Shown here in pieces: positions 61,801-64,000 of a stretch of 64,000 bases of DNA. Every line of letters starts with the position of its first letter. Position 1 is the stretch's first letter. The translations under genes were made by a program, and so were the position numbers. The notes under the pieces are model-generated. The model did not search any database, was not told the origin of the DNA, and saw only the letters and a program-made list of their open reading frames with translations. The stretch comes from Eledone cirrhosa (lineage: Eukaryota): assembly GCA_964016885.1 (NCBI GenBank), contig OZ024755.1:44888001-44952000 (forward strand). The letters are read 5' to 3'.

Positions 61801-64000
61801 ATACTGTGTACCACAGCTGGCAGTACCAACATATACTGTATACCACAGTTGACAGTACCCACATATACTGGATACCACAGTTGACAATACCATCATATAC
61901 TGTGTACGACAGTTGACAATACCAACATAAACTGTGTACCACAGTTGGCAGTACCTACATATATTGTGTACCACAGATGAAAGTACCAACGTATACTGTG
62001 TACCACAGTTGACAGTACCAACATATACTGTGTACCACAGTTGACAGTACCAACATATACTGTGTACCACAGTTGACAGTACCAACATATACCGTGTACC
62101 ACATTTGACAGTACAAACATATACTGTGTACCACAGTTGACAGTACCAACATATACCGTAGTACCACATTTGAGAGTACCAACATATACTGTGTACCACA
62201 GTTGACAGTACCAACATATACTGTGTACCACTGTTGACAGTACCAACGTATATTGTGTACCACAGTTAACAGTACCAACATATAATGTGTACCACAGTTG
62301 ACAGTACCAACGTATACTGTGTATCACTGTTGACAGTACCAACATATAGTGTGTACCACAGATGACAGTACCAACGGATACTGTGTACCACATTTGACAG
62401 TACCAACATATACTGTGTACCACAGCTGGCAGTACCAACATATACTGTATACCACAGTTGACAGTACCCACATATACTGGATACCACAGTTGACAATACC
62501 ATCAAATACTGTGTACGACAGTTGACAATACCAACATAAACTGTGTACCACAGTTGGCAGTACCTACATATATTGTGTACCACAGATGAAAGTACCAACG
62601 TATACTGTGTACCACAGTTGACAGTACCAACATATACTGTGTACCACAGTTGACAGTACCAACATATACTGTGTACCAGAGTTGACAGTACCAACGTATA
62701 CTGTGTACCACAGTTGACAGTACCAACATATACTGTGTACCACAGTTGACAGTACCAACATATACTGTGTACCACAGTTGGCAGTACCAACATATACTGT
62801 GTACCACATTTGACGGTACCAACATATACTGTGTACCACAGTTGACAGTACCAACATATATTGTGTACCACAGTTGACAGTACCAACATATATTTGGTGC
62901 CACTGTTCACAGTACCAACATATACTGTTTACCACAGTTGACAGTACAAACATATACTGTGTACCAGAGTTGACAGTACCAACATATACTGTGTACCAGA
63001 GTTGACAGTACTAACATATACTGTGTACCAGAGTTGACAGTACCAATATATACTGTGTACCACAGTTGACAGCACCAACATGTACTGTGTACCACAGTTG
63101 ACAATACAAACGTATTCTGTGTACCACAGTTGACAGTACCAACATATACTGTGTACCACTGTTGACAGTACTAAAGTATACTGTGTACCACAGTTCAGAG
63201 TACCAACATATACTGTGTATCACATTTGACAGTACCAACGTATACTGTGTACCACAGTTGACAGTACCAACATATACTGTGTACCACAGTTGACAGTACC
63301 AACATATACTGTGTACCATAGTTGACAGTACCAACGTATACTGTGTACCGCAGTTGACAGTACCAACATATACTGTGTACCATATATAACAGTACCAACG
63401 TATACTGTGTACCACAGTTGAGAGTTCTAATATATTCTGTGTACCACAGTTGACAGTACCAACATATACTGTGTACCACAGTTGACAGTACTAACATGTA
63501 CTGTGTACCACAGGTGACAATATCCACGTATATGTGTACCACAGTTGACAGTATCAACGTAATGTGTACCACATATTGACAGTACCAACAAATACTGTGT
63601 ACCACAGCTGACAGTACCAACGTATACTGTGTACCACATTTGACAGTACCAACGTATACTGTGTACCACAGTTGACAGTACCAACATATACTGTGTACCA
63701 CAGTTGACAGTACCAACGTATACTGTGTACCACATTTGACAGTACCAACATATACTGTGTACCACAGCTGGCAGTACCAACATATACTGTATACCACAGT
63801 TGACAGTACCCACATATACTGGATACCACAGTTGACAATACCATCATATACTGTGTACGACAGTTGACAATACCAACATAAACTGTGTACCACAGTTGGC
63901 AGTACCTACATATATTGTGTACCACAGATGAAAGTACCAACGTATACTGTGTACCACAGTTGACAGTACCAACATATACTGTGTACCACAGTTGACAGTA
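58864..64000. repeat. Displaced direct copy of about 48500-53636 (offset 10364), truncated by the window end
   Basis: Constant offset of 10364: 48861/59225, 49468/59832, 50396/60760, 51902/62266 and 52831/63195. Only a few single-base differences were noticed. Confidence 0.92.

Larger units (their letters stand above)
1..64000. repeat. Tandem satellite array, 32-bp monomer GTACCACAGTTGACAGTACCAACATATACTGT, about 2000 copies, one orientation, running off both window ends
   Basis: The monomer is visible on every line from base 1 to 64000, with scattered substitutions and rare 1-3 nt indels. No inverted segment or non-repeat insert was seen. The ORF track shows the same 32-aa (96 nt) repeat throughout. 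Confidence 0.99.

Noticed and set aside
50-63940. Hundreds of minus-strand ORFs up to 550 aa as protein-coding genes
   Set aside because: All three frames give the same 32-aa repeat and overlap each other. The monomer length is not a multiple of 3. Stop-creating variants (tactaac, gttaac, tatcaac) and frameshifts are common, and there is no unique N- or C-terminal domain.
1-64000. CRISPR or TIGR-like guide array (32-bp period, GTTG...CAAC palindromic element)
   Set aside because: The intervening sequence is as conserved as the putative repeat, so there are no unique spacers. No leader and no cas or tas gene is present in the window.
1-64000. Calling the array centromeric or telomeric, or assigning a named satellite family or species
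   Set aside because: No canonical telomere motif or recognisable CENP-B box was seen, and I do not recognise the monomer. A Dfam/Repbase/BLAST search and CENH3 data would be needed.
1-64000. Embedded transposon, inversion or strand switch
   Set aside because: Every line read matches the monomer in the same orientation, and the ORF track shows no non-repeat peptide or strand flip. An insertion of a few bases could have been missed by eye.

Overview
The whole 64 kb is one uninterrupted, head-to-tail, single-orientation satellite array of a 32-bp monomer, consensus GTACCACAGTTGACAGTACCAACATATACTGT. The monomer is 13/32 GC, and length alone implies about 2000 copies. I see no unique sequence, gene, RNA gene, transposon or CRISPR spacer. 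The hundreds of minus-strand ORFs are an arithmetic artefact: the consensus has no stop on that strand, and three monomers (96 nt) give a 32-aa repeat in all three frames. The real structure lies at other scales. First, the monomer is a 15+17 dimer of GTACCA-led half-units with overlapping short palindromes and a recurrent 16+16 variant. Second, shared point variants reveal nested, irregular higher-order duplications: two tandem copies of a core of about 15.0-15.5 kb (about 11.3-30.8 kb and 30.8-52.4 kb), each with private internal tandem duplications (4477; 5408 and 609 bp), plus duplications at offsets of 10364, 2945, about 2100-2240, 1598/1342, 1344, 256, 160 and 128 bp. A relative order of these events can be inferred. 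The array looks like eukaryotic satellite DNA, but organism and function cannot be determined from this window. Block boundaries were read by eye and from ORF-track offsets, and are accurate only to within one or two monomers.
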